Of a DNA stretch of 64,000 nucleotides, positions 1 through 9,617 are shown piece after piece; within the stretch, counting starts at the first letter, position 1, and each line of letters begins with the position of its first letter. This stretch comes from a virus. Lineage: Duplodnaviria > Heunggongvirae > Uroviricota > Caudoviricetes. Below the pieces are notes generated by a model that worked only from the letters and a program-made list of their open reading frames with translations, was not told where the DNA came from and did no database searches. The translations under genes were made by a program, and so were the position numbers. The stretch lies in the IMG/VR virus record IMGVR_UViG_3300028833_002727. One strand, given 5' to 3'.

Positions 1-67
1 GCCTTTTGCATACAGGAACATGTGTCCCAGCACTAATTTTTTCTTTTCAGCCATAGTTTTTTATTTT

Positions 68-349
68 TTAATACCAAGCGTAGAACTCATCAAGGATTTT
101 GTATTCCTCTTCTTCGGTTGGGAATAATTCGTAAGGCATGTAGTCCTTGCTGAATGGTACGTGATAGGAACTTTGATTGTAGTATCGGAATTTTTCATTT
201 TCTTTATCGAAAACGATTTTATCAACCCGATAACGTACATTAAATTGATTGCTGCTTGCTAATACTTGGCGTTCACCAAAATCATCTACGCATCCGTTGT
301 AATCTTTGCAGATGCGTTCTGCCGCCATTTCCCTTAATTCTGCATCCAT
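68..349 (-). CDS. hypothetical phage protein
   Basis: Co-oriented ORF in tightly packed minus-strand block. Confidence 0.7.
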   Translation of the reverse strand: MDAELREMAAERICKDYNGCVDDFGERQVLASSNQFNVRYRVDKIVFDKENEKFRYYNQSSYHVPFSKDYMPYELFPTEEEEYKILDEFYAWY

Positions 350-367
350 AGTGGTTGTTATTTTTGG

Positions 368-631
368 TTAGAACATCATTTGCCCCTCTACAATGTTCCA
401 CGAATCGTTTTTGTCGAAGAAGTGGGTTTCCAAGTGAATGCGGGCACAATCCACTTTGTGATAGTCAATCTCCCACCCGCACGATTTGAGTTTTTTCAAG
501 TGGGATTTCACTTCCTTGTCCATTACGGCACGTGCTTTGTCGAACGAATCGTACACGCGTCTTTTTGTGCCGTTACACCAATCACTTGAAATTAGGATAT
601 AAATCTTTTTGCCAGCCATTGTTTTATTCAA
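368..631 (-). CDS. small early protein, FxTxEEA-like paralog family
   Basis: IYILISSDW...VYDSFDKARAVM pattern shared with 624, 3803, 10557. Confidence 0.7.
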   Translation of the reverse strand: MNKTMAGKKIYILISSDWCNGTKRRVYDSFDKARAVMDKEVKSHLKKLKSCGWEIDYHKVDCARIHLETHFFDKNDSWNIVEGQMMF

Positions 632-893
632 TTAAAAGTTTACGAATTGTGTAATCGGAGTGGTCGTTTACATATTCACCTTTGAGGTAAACGCTTAAAT
701 CGTTTTTACCCTCTTCGATTACCACGCTGTCTTCATCGAACGTTGAGAGGAAATCTTCTTTGTCAGAAGAAAACTGCATCTGCGCGTATTTTTTTGCTTT
801 CTGGCGCGTGCTAAACGCTTTTTGAACTAAACCCTCTTCTGTTCCGTTAGTTGCCCAATCATTTGTGACAACATATACATATACCTTTTCCAT
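624..893 (-). CDS. small early protein, FxTxEEA-like paralog family
   Basis: VYVYVVTNDW...KAFSTRQKAKKY. Confidence 0.75.
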   Translation of the reverse strand: MEKVYVYVVTNDWATNGTEEGLVQKAFSTRQKAKKYAQMQFSSDKEDFLSTFDEDSVVIEEGKNDLSVYLKGEYVNDHSDYTIRKLLIE

Positions 894-905
894 ATACCAA
901 TGAAT

Positions 906-1082
906 TTAAGCAGGTGTTACATCAGGATTGTTGTCTTCGTCGAGATTACCGAGAATCTGCTCGTTGTATTTCTCGTCATCTACTTCCATTTCGGCGAGTT
1001 CCAAAGCCTCTTCTTCGTTTTCCGCCTCTACCTCAACCGTTACGCTGGTGTGGTAGTAAAATGTTACATCAAATTTAGCCAT
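906..1082 (-). CDS. small acidic protein, DpnD/PcfM-like
   Basis: VTVEVEAENEEEALELAE motif; start moved to MAKFDV. Confidence 0.6.
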   Translation of the reverse strand: MAKFDVTFYYHTSVTVEVEAENEEEALELAEMEVDDEKYNEQILGNLDEDNNPDVTPA

Positions 1083-1115
1083 AATCTTTTTAATTTTAAG
1101 TGTTAAACAATTTTT

Positions 1116-1133
1116 TATCCTCAATCGAGTACC
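1116..1133. repeat. 18-bp motif B, copy 1
   Basis: TATCCTCAATCGAGTACC overlapping stop of the 1121 ORF. Confidence 0.8.
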
Positions 1134-1741
1134 ATGAATACTGCACCCGCGTTGATTGCTTTACCAAGATTGGTATGAGCGACATCGAACAACTCCTTCA
1201 ATGAAAGTACTTGTGTTGTACTATCGTTGTGGTTGAAGACTTCAAATTTACTGAATCCGCTTTCGTCTTGTTCATCTGCGAATGTGATACTCTTGCGGCT
1301 ATACATTCCGTAGTTCAACAGGACAATGAGTTCGACAGGCTGTCCGTCTTTTTCCTCAATGTTTTTATTGATTTGTTCGGTGATTTGGGCGAGAGAATAC
1401 ACCTTTTGGGTTTTTTCCATAGTGCCGCCGTAATCGTGCTCGTCATCATCAAAGATGTCGAGGTATTCAGTTTCTGTGTCGATAGTGGTAATCTCACCGA
1501 TGAATTTGTATTCAGCGTTCACGCTTTCACTTGTGCGGAGCAAGAACGAATCCTCTTCTTGATAGGAGTACGCGTTTAACTCTTCAATGCAGAGTTTGTC
1601 GCATATCTTGTGGAAGATAACTTGGAGTGCGCTGCGTGCATCCCAAATACTTTCGTACGCGCCAATTACGTTTGCGCTTTCGATGTCGATACCGTCATAT
1701 TTTTTTGTGACGGTTACTATGTGCATTGTCTTCTTGTCCAT
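1121..1741 (-). CDS. hypothetical two-domain phage protein
   Basis: 206-aa ORF; N-terminus resembles FxTxEEA family (GAYESIWDAR). Confidence 0.75.
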   Translation of the reverse strand: MDKKTMHIVTVTKKYDGIDIESANVIGAYESIWDARSALQVIFHKICDKLCIEELNAYSYQEEDSFLLRTSESVNAEYKFIGEITTIDTETEYLDIFDDDEHDYGGTMEKTQKVYSLAQITEQINKNIEEKDGQPVELIVLLNYGMYSRKSITFADEQDESGFSKFEVFNHNDSTTQVLSLKELFDVAHTNLGKAINAGAVFMVLD

Positions 1742-1744
1742 AGC

Positions 1745-2035
1745 CTACTGATTTTTATTCGATTTACGATACATCACCTCAATGTTGGTATAACCAATGC
1801 GGTGCAGTTCATCCGCTAATGGCGCATATTCTTCGGGTGTTGCCCTGCGAGTTTCAGCAATAATACCATTGTAGTTAGCTTCGCAATGCTGCCCAACGTG
1901 CATATAGGACATAACATTCGCTTTTGTGCAACAATCATTCGATGTGTCAATGAAAAGCGCGATGACTTCACCTTTTGCATCACCGCTTTTGAATGTGCGG
2001 AATACGATACGTGTCCATTTAGAATTTTTAGCCAT
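1745..2035 (-). CDS. hypothetical phage protein
   Basis: First gene after promoter at ~2061; SYMHVGQH motif. Confidence 0.75.
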   Translation of the reverse strand: MAKNSKWTRIVFRTFKSGDAKGEVIALFIDTSNDCCTKANVMSYMHVGQHCEANYNGIIAETRRATPEEYAPLADELHRIGYTNIEVMYRKSNKNQ

Positions 2036-2120
2036 AATCTTGTTAATTTTGAAATCCACTGCAAAGGTACGAAAAAAATTTCAAATAACCAAATTTTTTT
2101 GAAGAAAAATGTGATTTTTG

Positions 2121-2441
2121 TTATTTTTTTATCACAAACGAGAAAGTTTTGCCGATTTTGAACTTAATTTTGTTCTTTTTCTCCACTTTCTTGAATGCAC
2201 TCCACTCTTCCACAGATCCATCTGCGTGCATGAATGCAGCGTAATAGATGAAATGATTTTTCAGCCACGTCTTGACATCCTCGATTTTACTCTCTGGAAT
2301 ATCGTAGTTAGGGAAGTCGATACTCTCATACCAATGCTCATCAATCCAACGGATATAGCGATTACTTGGTACGTAACGTTGTCTGCTTGACGATAGGCGA
2401 ATTGCCATGTATGTTTCTTGCGGTTGTTTTTTCTTTGCCAT
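2121..2441 (-). CDS. hypothetical phage protein
   Basis: Co-oriented ORF. Confidence 0.7.
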   Translation of the reverse strand: MAKKKQPQETYMAIRLSSSRQRYVPSNRYIRWIDEHWYESIDFPNYDIPESKIEDVKTWLKNHFIYYAAFMHADGSVEEWSAFKKVEKKNKIKFKIGKTFSFVIKK

Positions 2442-2449
2442 AGTTGTAA

Positions 2450-3007
2450 TTATTTTAAGAGTTCTCCGTTAATTACTTTACCCTCATAGAGTGTCAGGAT
2501 CTCTTCCGACGGATGCAGAAGATACTGCTTGTGCAACGTGACTTTGAGTTGCTTGTGCTCTCCATGCTTTTTTTGAAGGGCGATGAAATGATGATACACA
2601 TGGTATGCTGCTTTAATTGCAGCAGCGCGCGATGTAAAAAGTTTCTTCAATGCTCTGCCACCATAAGACAAATTTTCACCTTTGCGTCCAATGTAGTAGT
2701 ATTCACTCATGTTACCGCGCATGTTCGGCTCACTATACAACTCAAAGGTGATATAGTAGGATGTGCCCGGAATGTTCTCCGTTACCCACTTGATGAGTGC
2801 TTTCTGCCAATCCTCACGGACGAGTTCGTTTTTGATGCTTGCCTCTGCTATTGCATCAGCGTATATACGCATGTCAGAGTTTCCGTCAGTTGAGCGGGTA
2901 TAGATACTACCGTCCTCTGCGTAGAACTTAACCAAATACTCGTTAGGAGTTACTTTTGTATTGACACCGAATTGTAAGCGGATGTCTTTTTTTACCATTT
3001 TAGCCAT
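2450..3007 (-). CDS. hypothetical phage protein
   Basis: Co-oriented 185-aa ORF. Confidence 0.75.
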   Translation of the reverse strand: MAKMVKKDIRLQFGVNTKVTPNEYLVKFYAEDGSIYTRSTDGNSDMRIYADAIAEASIKNELVREDWQKALIKWVTENIPGTSYYITFELYSEPNMRGNMSEYYYIGRKGENLSYGGRALKKLFTSRAAAIKAAYHVYHHFIALQKKHGEHKQLKVTLHKQYLLHPSEEILTLYEGKVINGELLK

Positions 3008-3014
3008 AATCGTG

Positions 3015-3260
3015 TTATTTTAAGTCGTTAATAATTTTGTCAGTTTTTACCTCTTGTAGAGATATGTTTACGAACGGGTCGTCCGAGTTTGGGTTTGGGT
3101 TGCCCAGCGTGATTGAGCCGTACTTGATGAATAACTCACATTCAGTTTCACTCATCTTGTAGTGCTTTTTTGCTGCAAGGGTTGCCTTTAATTGTGAGGT
3201 TGATACGTACTTGACTTCACAGCCGAAACCCACACGTTCAAATAGGATGTAAACTTTCAT
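3015..3260 (-). CDS. small early protein
   Basis: First gene after promoter ~3286; start MKVYIL. Confidence 0.7.
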   Translation of the reverse strand: MKVYILFERVGFGCEVKYVSTSQLKATLAAKKHYKMSETECELFIKYGSITLGNPNPNSDDPFVNISLQEVKTDKIINDLK

Positions 3261-3528
3261 AAGCCTAATGTTTTTCAAATCTGGTGCAAAGGTACAACTT
3301 TTTTTTCATATAGCCAAATAAAAAATGAAAAAAATGCAAAAAAGTGAGAAAATGACGTTTTTTTTCATTTTTTTGCCAAAAAATTTGGTTATTTGAAAAA
3401 CTTGTATATTTTATAATACACGCGTAAACCCCTAATATATCAATGGGTGACATAGCGAGATTTTGGGCACAACAAAAAGAACGAACTACCTTTCGATAAT
3501 CCGTTCTAATTTTCAACGCGGTGTGACT

Positions 3529-3696
3529 TTATTTGAAAACCGCTTTAATGGTGTCGCCAAATTCTTGGGATGCCTTGACAACCTTTTCAGCGTTCTCCTT
3601 TGTAGCCACTTTCTTGGCTTTCTCTTTTACAACTGCGTATGCCCCAGTCCCAGCGAGAACGATACCAATTGCTAAACCAATCAAAAACTTTTTCAT
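3529..3696 (-). CDS. small membrane-anchored protein (55 aa, not in ORF track)
   Basis: MKKFLIGLAIGIVLAGTGAYAVVKEKAKK...; AGGAGG upstream. Confidence 0.65.
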   Translation of the reverse strand: MKKFLIGLAIGIVLAGTGAYAVVKEKAKKVATKENAEKVVKASQEFGDTIKAVFK

Positions 3697-3722
3697 TTTA
3701 TACCTCCTTTTTTAGTTGTTAC

Positions 3723-3788
3723 TTACTTGTTTTTGTACGCAATTACTGCCAAAGTAATTACGCAGCCAATGATAATTCCTGCTAACAT
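3723..3788 (-). CDS. 21-aa hydrophobic micropeptide
   Basis: MLAGIIIGCVITLAVIAYKNK fills the gap between neighbouring genes. Confidence 0.4.
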   Translation of the reverse strand: MLAGIIIGCVITLAVIAYKNK

Positions 3789-3802
3789 AGTTTTAATTAT
3801 TT

Positions 3803-4084
3803 TTAATCGTTAAACGTAACTTCTTCCACTTGGATTTTGCCCTCCCAATAATCATCAAATTGGTTGGCATCAATCATAATGCGCAATCCGTCCTCTTCAA
3901 TTTCGGTATTGATTTCTTCCTCATCGTAACCTACTTTATCGAAACTTTCTCGCGCTTGCTCATAATCAGATTGTAATTGTGCTTGCGCTTCTTCTTTTGA
4001 GCCGAATGCTTTAACAGCCACATCGCCCTCAAATTTACTTCCGTTACCCCACTCGGAAATGTAATTATAGATTGTTTTTTTCAT
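3803..4084 (-). CDS. acidic early protein, FxTxEEA-like paralog family
   Basis: KAFGSKEEAQAQLQ. Confidence 0.75.
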   Translation of the reverse strand: MKKTIYNYISEWGNGSKFEGDVAVKAFGSKEEAQAQLQSDYEQARESFDKVGYDEEEINTEIEEDGLRIMIDANQFDDYWEGKIQVEEVTFND

Positions 4085-4111
4085 ATTTGTAATCCTTTCT
4101 TTTTTTAATTG

Positions 4112-4723
4112 TTAAATCCAATTTTTCATTTCACCTGCTTTTATTTTTGCAACCACATCTGCAAGTTTTAACCAACCGCTATGGACGTGTTTTTTGTTTG
4201 CATTATCCCAATAGTCATGCGTTACGTACCAAGTATTTCCGTCAAAGTAGTAAGCATAACTATCGCATAATGCGTTTTCGGATGGTAATTCACCATTATG
4301 CAGGAATGGTTCTTTGTAGTACTCCAAATTACCATTTTCTTTGCGCCTACATTTGCAAATAGGTGTGTCATTGAAAATGAAACGTGGGGTAGAAATGAAA
4401 CCATAGCAGCCATATTTGGACTTTGTGCCGCCGTATGTATTTACGGAATCCAAGTCACCCATAGCGAGAAGATTGAGAACCTTATCGTAGGTGTCATAGT
4501 GTTTCAGCAAATCTTCACCAATACCACCATTCACGTAGGAATCAAAGTGGTTAAATACTCGTAAGTATTCTGCGTGTGTCGGAATCTCCAAATCCGGAAT
4601 TGGATTGTTGAGAAACTTTTTGTTCTTGCGATACGAACCTGCTAATTTCGTAACCTTGAACTTAACTACTTGTCCCTTACTCTCGTCTTTGAGTTTAAGG
4701 TAGATGTGTCCGCGTGTGCTCAT
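4112..4723 (-). CDS. conserved phage protein (MSTR...HxDxY family)
   Basis: MSTRGHI...NHFDSY...GEDLLKHY...GDL. Confidence 0.7.
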   Translation of the reverse strand: MSTRGHIYLKLKDESKGQVVKFKVTKLAGSYRKNKKFLNNPIPDLEIPTHAEYLRVFNHFDSYVNGGIGEDLLKHYDTYDKVLNLLAMGDLDSVNTYGGTKSKYGCYGFISTPRFIFNDTPICKCRRKENGNLEYYKEPFLHNGELPSENALCDSYAYYFDGNTWYVTHDYWDNANKKHVHSGWLKLADVVAKIKAGEMKNWI

Positions 4724-4740
4724 AATCTTTAAGTGTTTTT

Positions 4741-4758
4741 TATCCTCATTCGAGGACA
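4741..4758. repeat. 18-bp motif B, copy 2
   Basis: TATCCTCATTCGAGGACA. Confidence 0.75.
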
Positions 4759-4764
4759 TTGTTA

Positions 4765-5010
4765 TTACTCAACGATGTCACTAATCAGTTTATCGTATAT
4801 GTCGTCTTTGATTTCGTCAAATCCGAATGGCTCAAATTCTACTCCGTACGAGTCTTCTTTTTCGCCCCAAGCGTGAATACCGTCTTTGTCAGCGTGATGC
4901 GCATACGTTGGCTCAAAGCCATCCCCAGTCCAATTTCCGTCAATAGCGACATTTCCACCGAACTCTACGCGTCCATTTTTTGCTTTTTCAATCAATTCTT
5001 CTTTACTCAT
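4765..5010 (-). CDS. small acidic protein
   Basis: Start MSKEELI after promoter ~5073. Confidence 0.7.
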   Translation of the reverse strand: MSKEELIEKAKNGRVEFGGNVAIDGNWTGDGFEPTYAHHADKDGIHAWGEKEDSYGVEFEPFGFDEIKDDIYDKLISDIVE

Positions 5011-5128
5011 AATAAGATAAGTTTTAATTGTTATACATTGTTGCCGACAATGGTTCACTTTTCAAATCTGCTGCAAAATTACAACTTTTTTTTCAAATAA
5101 CCAAATTTTTTGACAAAAAAATGCAATT

Positions 5129-5449
5129 TTATGCAACTTTTTTTTCTAATGCGCTATAATACGCATAGGTTTGTATTTCTTCAATCATTGGTTGGAGTTT
5201 GTCACTATCGGTACGTATCTGCGTATCTAACGTGTACTTCTCCCAATCTAATTGAAGTAGTATGCGATGCAATACATCTTTGAGTTCGCGTAAACGCGGT
5301 GCTTTGTAAATCTTCACATCTTCCAGCACTTCGGTTTGGAAGTTAAAGATAAGTTTGAATTTGATTTCATTCTTACCTTTGTTGTGAGCCACTACAACCT
5401 GCACGCGTTCACATTCTTCACCCATATAGTCCAGCGCGACTAATCTCAT
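5129..5449 (-). CDS. hypothetical phage protein
   Basis: Start overlaps stop of upstream gene. Confidence 0.7.
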   Translation of the reverse strand: MRLVALDYMGEECERVQVVVAHNKGKNEIKFKLIFNFQTEVLEDVKIYKAPRLRELKDVLHRILLQLDWEKYTLDTQIRTDSDKLQPMIEEIQTYAYYSALEKKVA

Positions 5450-5766
5450 TGTGCTATTACCCTTAATTTACCCAATGACATACATATATCGCCTACGTGA
5501 CACATGGATGCTTGCACATTGTATAAGCCACGATATTCAAGGCATTTTTCCTTTTGCTCTTGCGTGAGTTCATCCTTTTTCGGATATATCAGTTCCAACA
5601 AGCGCGGAGATTTTGGATGCTCCAACAATTCGCCAATGGCCGGAATTGCGATTGCACGTCCGTCTTGACAATATACATCATATTCGTGCTCTTCGTTGTC
5701 ACCGAAAATCTTTTTGTTAGTGAAGAGCATACCCTCTTCTACAAGATAATCAAATTTCTTTGCCAT
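5446..5766 (-). CDS. hypothetical phage protein
   Basis: Co-oriented ORF. Confidence 0.7.
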   Translation of the reverse strand: MAKKFDYLVEEGMLFTNKKIFGDNEEHEYDVYCQDGRAIAIPAIGELLEHPKSPRLLELIYPKKDELTQEQKEKCLEYRGLYNVQASMCHVGDICMSLGKLRVIAQ

Positions 5767-5784
5767 AGTATTATTGTTTTGAAG

Positions 5785-6012
5785 TTATCCCCAAATTCTA
5801 CCGCTTGGAGTATAGCGTACGATTTGACTTGTTTCATCGTCACCTACGGAAACGTGTCCAAATGTTCTGCGTTCTCTTTTAGCAGCCCAAGCCGCCCATT
5901 TTAACACACTTGCTTTGCTTTTGAAAAAGCGTAAGCCGCACGCATGATAGATGTAATTCGCATCCTTATCATACACAGTCAAACTGTAACTTTTGCCTAA
6001 TGTAAATCTCAT
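5785..6012 (-). CDS. hypothetical phage protein
   Basis: First gene after promoter ~6040. Confidence 0.65.
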   Translation of the reverse strand: MRFTLGKSYSLTVYDKDANYIYHACGLRFFKSKASVLKWAAWAAKRERRTFGHVSVGDDETSQIVRYTPSGRIWG

Positions 6013-6197
6013 AACCACTTTGTTTTAACGTTTCATGGTGCAAAGGTACAAAAAATAATTCAAACTACCAAATAATTCTTCAAAAAAATGCAAAAAAACG
6101 CTATTTTGTAAAGTCCAGTTAGCAAAATGAAAAAAAGTGTGATTTTTATTTGGTTATTTGAAAAAAAAGTGTATTTTACAATATATCACGCTAAGCA

Positions 6198-6236
6198 CAA
6201 AAAAAATAGCGCCTATTCTCACGAACTGACGCTACC
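6198..6236 (-). terminator. intrinsic terminator
   Basis: TAGCGTC...GGCGCTA hairpin plus T-run on minus strand; near-copy at ~17085. Confidence 0.7.
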
Positions 6237-6371
6237 ACTTTATTATTTAACACTTTGTGATTATGGTTTTAATTGATTTTCTCTACAGGAACTTCCTCGT
6301 TGTTTACACCTTACAAAATAGATGTTACAACAATACGATGAAATTATTCGTCCACGCTGATATGTATCTGT

Positions 6372-6626
6372 TTACACCTCTAAGTTGTCGAGGTTATCCT
6401 GCTTAGGAACTTCCGTTTTCGGCTCATCTTTATCCCACACTTGGATGAAGTTGTAGGCGATACACACGATTGCGGTTACTAAACCCTGCACAATCATGTA
6501 TAATGCGCACAATTCAACGTTTTTGTCGGAGGTTTTGAGCAGGTGGAGGTATAAACCACCCAACATACCCATTACACTCAGTAAGCCGATACATGTGGCT
6601 ATAAAAATTTTAGTTATTGTTTTCAT
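6372..6626 (-). CDS. small two-TM membrane protein
   Basis: Two hydrophobic stretches; start MKTITK. Confidence 0.65.
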   Translation of the reverse strand: MKTITKIFIATCIGLLSVMGMLGGLYLHLLKTSDKNVELCALYMIVQGLVTAIVCIAYNFIQVWDKDEPKTEVPKQDNLDNLEV

Positions 6627-6642
6627 TGCTTTTTCCTTTCTT

Positions 6643-6831
6643 TTAGATTTCCCAACCGATTTCACTGACTCGGTTTCCGTCTTCATCTTCGATTGTGTAA
6701 CCTCGCATTTGGTCTATATCCACAATCTTAACTCTACTTCCGCGTGTCATTTTACCGAGAAGATTTTCGTGAATTCTTTTTGTTGTTACCCAATCTCCAA
6801 TTTTGGGTGTGTTGTTCTTAATAAAAGCCAT
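6643..6831 (-). CDS. small SH3/KOW-like protein
   Basis: PKIGDWV...RVKIVDI. Confidence 0.6.
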   Translation of the reverse strand: MAFIKNNTPKIGDWVTTKRIHENLLGKMTRGSRVKIVDIDQMRGYTIEDEDGNRVSEIGWEI

Positions 6832-6849
6832 ATTCGCTGCTCCTTTCTT

Positions 6850-7389
6850 TTAGAGTTTTACATCAACCTCATGGATTTCGTACTTAACGAACGAATTGTA
6901 GCCGCTATCATGTACTACACCTTTGTCGAAATCAATCGTGATTTCGTCTTCGGTAAAGCGATCCAGCAAATCAGCCTTTTCACGTTTTAACGATTCGTGA
7001 AGATATATCTCTGCTTGCTCCCTCGTGGGGAATACATTCGGACAAATACCTGCACACGTTTCGTTTCCGCTTGTTTCGGAAATCCAATTGATTGCGAACA
7101 TCGTTTTCGGTACGCTAACCGATGAGTTACCTTTTTCAATGACACGCATGTTACCTACTACGCGCTCAATCGTGTAGAAATTGTACACCTCATGTCCCTC
7201 GCTTGCAAGGAAATCCTCTACGTAGATTGTGGTAGGCAGATTTTGCCCTACACGTACACGGACGAGTTTTCCTGCGTTATTTTCTTCTTTTGCTACTACA
7301 TCGCCTACTACTTTTTCAGCGTGTTGATTGTCAAGGAGAATAAGAATATCTCCGACTTGCAAATCATTGTACGATACTTTGTGTTTCAT
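6850..7389 (-). CDS. two-domain early protein (SH3-like plus FxTxEEA-like)
   Basis: N-half similar to 16460 ORF; C-half VFPTREQAE. Confidence 0.7.
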   Translation of the reverse strand: MKHKVSYNDLQVGDILILLDNQHAEKVVGDVVAKEENNAGKLVRVRVGQNLPTTIYVEDFLASEGHEVYNFYTIERVVGNMRVIEKGNSSVSVPKTMFAINWISETSGNETCAGICPNVFPTREQAEIYLHESLKREKADLLDRFTEDEITIDFDKGVVHDSGYNSFVKYEIHEVDVKL

Positions 7390-7484
7390 AATCACTAATG
7401 TTTTTTGTTAAATCTGCTGCAAAGGTACAACAAATTTTTCAATTAACCAAATTTTTTCGCAAAAAAATGCAAAAAAAGTTAATT

Positions 7485-8195
7485 TTATTCCATTTTAGCC
7501 TTTAAGTCAGCCAAGACTTCCAAATCACCCAGTTTTTGCTTGTCCCCCTTGTACAAAGGATAGGACATGCAAATTCGGTATAAATCGGCTGGCAGGAAGT
7601 ACTGACTACGCGTATCGTTCTCATCTTCGGGTTTGATGTGCTCGATGAAGTCCGGCATTTCTTGGCTATACTTCGCAGCCATACTTGTGCGGCGCGCATT
7701 TGCATACATTGCATTTGCGTATCTGTCGCAAAGTTTGATACACGGAGCGTACGGAGTTTCACGGATGCCGCGATAGTACTTCTCATTCGCACGCTCTGCA
7801 CGCGTTTTGCCTTTCTCATTAGTGAGTGCGTACACGATGTCGGCTGCAAGTTCGGCTTGTGCCTGGCCCATGTATTCTTTCGCAATTTTCACTACATCGT
7901 TGTAGGTTAAGCGGCAATCTTCAATCGTATCGTGGAAGATAGAACCAAAGATAGCAGCCAAGCCGTCAGATTCGATTGCGTTCTCATACTCGGCTATGTT
8001 GATGAAACACTCAGCAGCGAACTGCATAAATGTGTTCGATACCATATTGGTGTGGAAACTATACGGAAGTTCATCGTACTTTTGGTTTACACTTGCATGT
8101 ACCAAAGCCGCTTGTTTCTGCATGTTACCGATTGTTTCTTTATTCTCGCAAAGGAACTTATCCCAAGCCTTTTGCACTAATTCCTGCTTTTCCAT
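7485..8195 (-). CDS. HD-domain hydrolase, RelA/SpoT/Mesh1-like
   Basis: HASVNQKY..PYSFH, FHDTIED, IKLCDRYAN motifs. Confidence 0.85.
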   Translation of the reverse strand: MEKQELVQKAWDKFLCENKETIGNMQKQAALVHASVNQKYDELPYSFHTNMVSNTFMQFAAECFINIAEYENAIESDGLAAIFGSIFHDTIEDCRLTYNDVVKIAKEYMGQAQAELAADIVYALTNEKGKTRAERANEKYYRGIRETPYAPCIKLCDRYANAMYANARRTSMAAKYSQEMPDFIEHIKPEDENDTRSQYFLPADLYRICMSYPLYKGDKQKLGDLEVLADLKAKME

Positions 8196-8207
8196 AATGT
8201 TCAATTT

Positions 8208-8594
8208 TTACAAATTGTCTTTAAAGTTAGTTTTTCGCCATGCCAGCGTGAGTTCAAACCGATAGTAGTTTTCATCGTTGCGCGGCAGATAGAACGGATA
8301 GTTGTGCCCTCTCTCAAACACATTGTGCTCGTAGCACACTTCTTCACCGACTTGTTTGCTGATACGCGGCGCAATCTTGTATATGCTGTCGCCATGCTCT
8401 TCGGTTTCACCATTTCCGTTTTCGCTCATATCAAGCGTAACAATGGTGTCTTCGTCAATGATTCCGTCTTCATCTTTTCCGTTGATGAGAAGTATTTTGC
8501 CGAAACCGAATAAGTCCGGTTCACGATAATTGCAGTTGAATACGCGTTCGCCAATCTTAAAATGGCGATGTTTCATTTTCATCTTTTTAGCCAT
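8208..8594 (-). CDS. hypothetical phage protein
   Basis: Co-oriented ORF. Confidence 0.7.
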   Translation of the reverse strand: MAKKMKMKHRHFKIGERVFNCNYREPDLFGFGKILLINGKDEDGIIDEDTIVTLDMSENGNGETEEHGDSIYKIAPRISKQVGEEVCYEHNVFERGHNYPFYLPRNDENYYRFELTLAWRKTNFKDNL

Positions 8595-8605
8595 AATCGT
8601 GTTAT

Positions 8606-9004
8606 TTAGAAATTTAACTTGGAAACTACCATATCGTTTACAATGTGCTCAACGATAAATTGTCCATAGGTTTTGTTTGTAATACTTTTCTTTAGCTTAA
8701 TAAAGTCAAGCATTTCTTTTTCGGTTTCCACCCATTCCTCATATCCGTCATACCAATGCCCAATCGTTTTGTAACGAACAACTTCACCAAATGCCCACTT
8801 ATCGGGTATATCTTTTGTACCCAACAAGGAATAACGAATGTGAAAACCGTCATTGATTCGCGCTCTCGTTATTTGTCCTATACATCCTTTCGGGTACGTA
8901 CGTAAGAACGCTATTCGTGTTCTACAATCATTGAGATTTGGGAAAGCCTCTTTGATTTCTTTGTTTCTACCCAAGTCGGTATAAGTTATTTTGTACATTG
9001 CCAT
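8606..9004 (-). CDS. hypothetical phage protein
   Basis: First gene after promoter ~9030. Confidence 0.7.
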   Translation of the reverse strand: MAMYKITYTDLGRNKEIKEAFPNLNDCRTRIAFLRTYPKGCIGQITRARINDGFHIRYSLLGTKDIPDKWAFGEVVRYKTIGHWYDGYEEWVETEKEMLDFIKLKKSITNKTYGQFIVEHIVNDMVVSKLNF

Positions 9005-9123
9005 AGTCGTAGTGTTTTTAATTTGACACTGCAAAAGTACTGCTTTTTTTTCAATCTACCAAATAATTTGATAGAAAAATGCAAATAAAGTGTATTTTGT
9101 AAAGTCGAGTTAGCAAAACGCTA

Positions 9124-9561
9124 TCAGTCCAACGAAATTTCGATTGAGTTAGACGCTTGTGGTGTGATACGTATTCTACCATTGCAACTGCGTAGAACTA
9201 ACGTTGTTCCATCGTCATCAAGCGAGAACGAATAACCCCACTTGTAGAAATGTGCTGAATCTCTTCTATCGAAAGCTGTTAAGTTCAACAGCGCATCACA
9301 TTCGCGCATAACTTGTTCACCATCGCGTTCGATTTTGAAATCATCTGGTGTAGGTGAGGTGCGGTAGTTTCGATAATCGCTATCAAATTCATTAACGCCC
9401 AAAAGGTTTTGGTTCAGTAAGACAAGACAATAGCGTTCATCGCTATAAGCCAAATAATCGTGAACCGACATTTTTGCCCTACTCGCTTTCGCAACAAGGC
9501 TATTTTGTACTTTCTTGCTTAACATGGAAAGCAAACCTTTATATTCAATGTCATTTAGCAT
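9124..9561 (-). CDS. hypothetical phage protein
   Basis: Co-oriented ORF. Confidence 0.7.
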   Translation of the reverse strand: MLNDIEYKGLLSMLSKKVQNSLVAKASRAKMSVHDYLAYSDERYCLVLLNQNLLGVNEFDSDYRNYRTSPTPDDFKIERDGEQVMRECDALLNLTAFDRRDSAHFYKWGYSFSLDDDGTTLVLRSCNGRIRITPQASNSIEISLD

Positions 9562-9595
9562 AATTGTATTGGTTTTATTGGTTATACATTTTTTT

Positions 9596-9613
9596 GGTAC
9601 TCAATCGAGGATA
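9596..9613. repeat. 18-bp motif B, copy 3
   Basis: GGTACTCAATCGAGGATA. Confidence 0.85.
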
Positions 9614-9617
9614 TAGG

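Noticed and set aside
6104-6127. Literal TyrR regulon
   Set aside because: Only the geometry matches the TyrR box; TyrR is a proteobacterial regulator and the promoters are Bacteroidota-type
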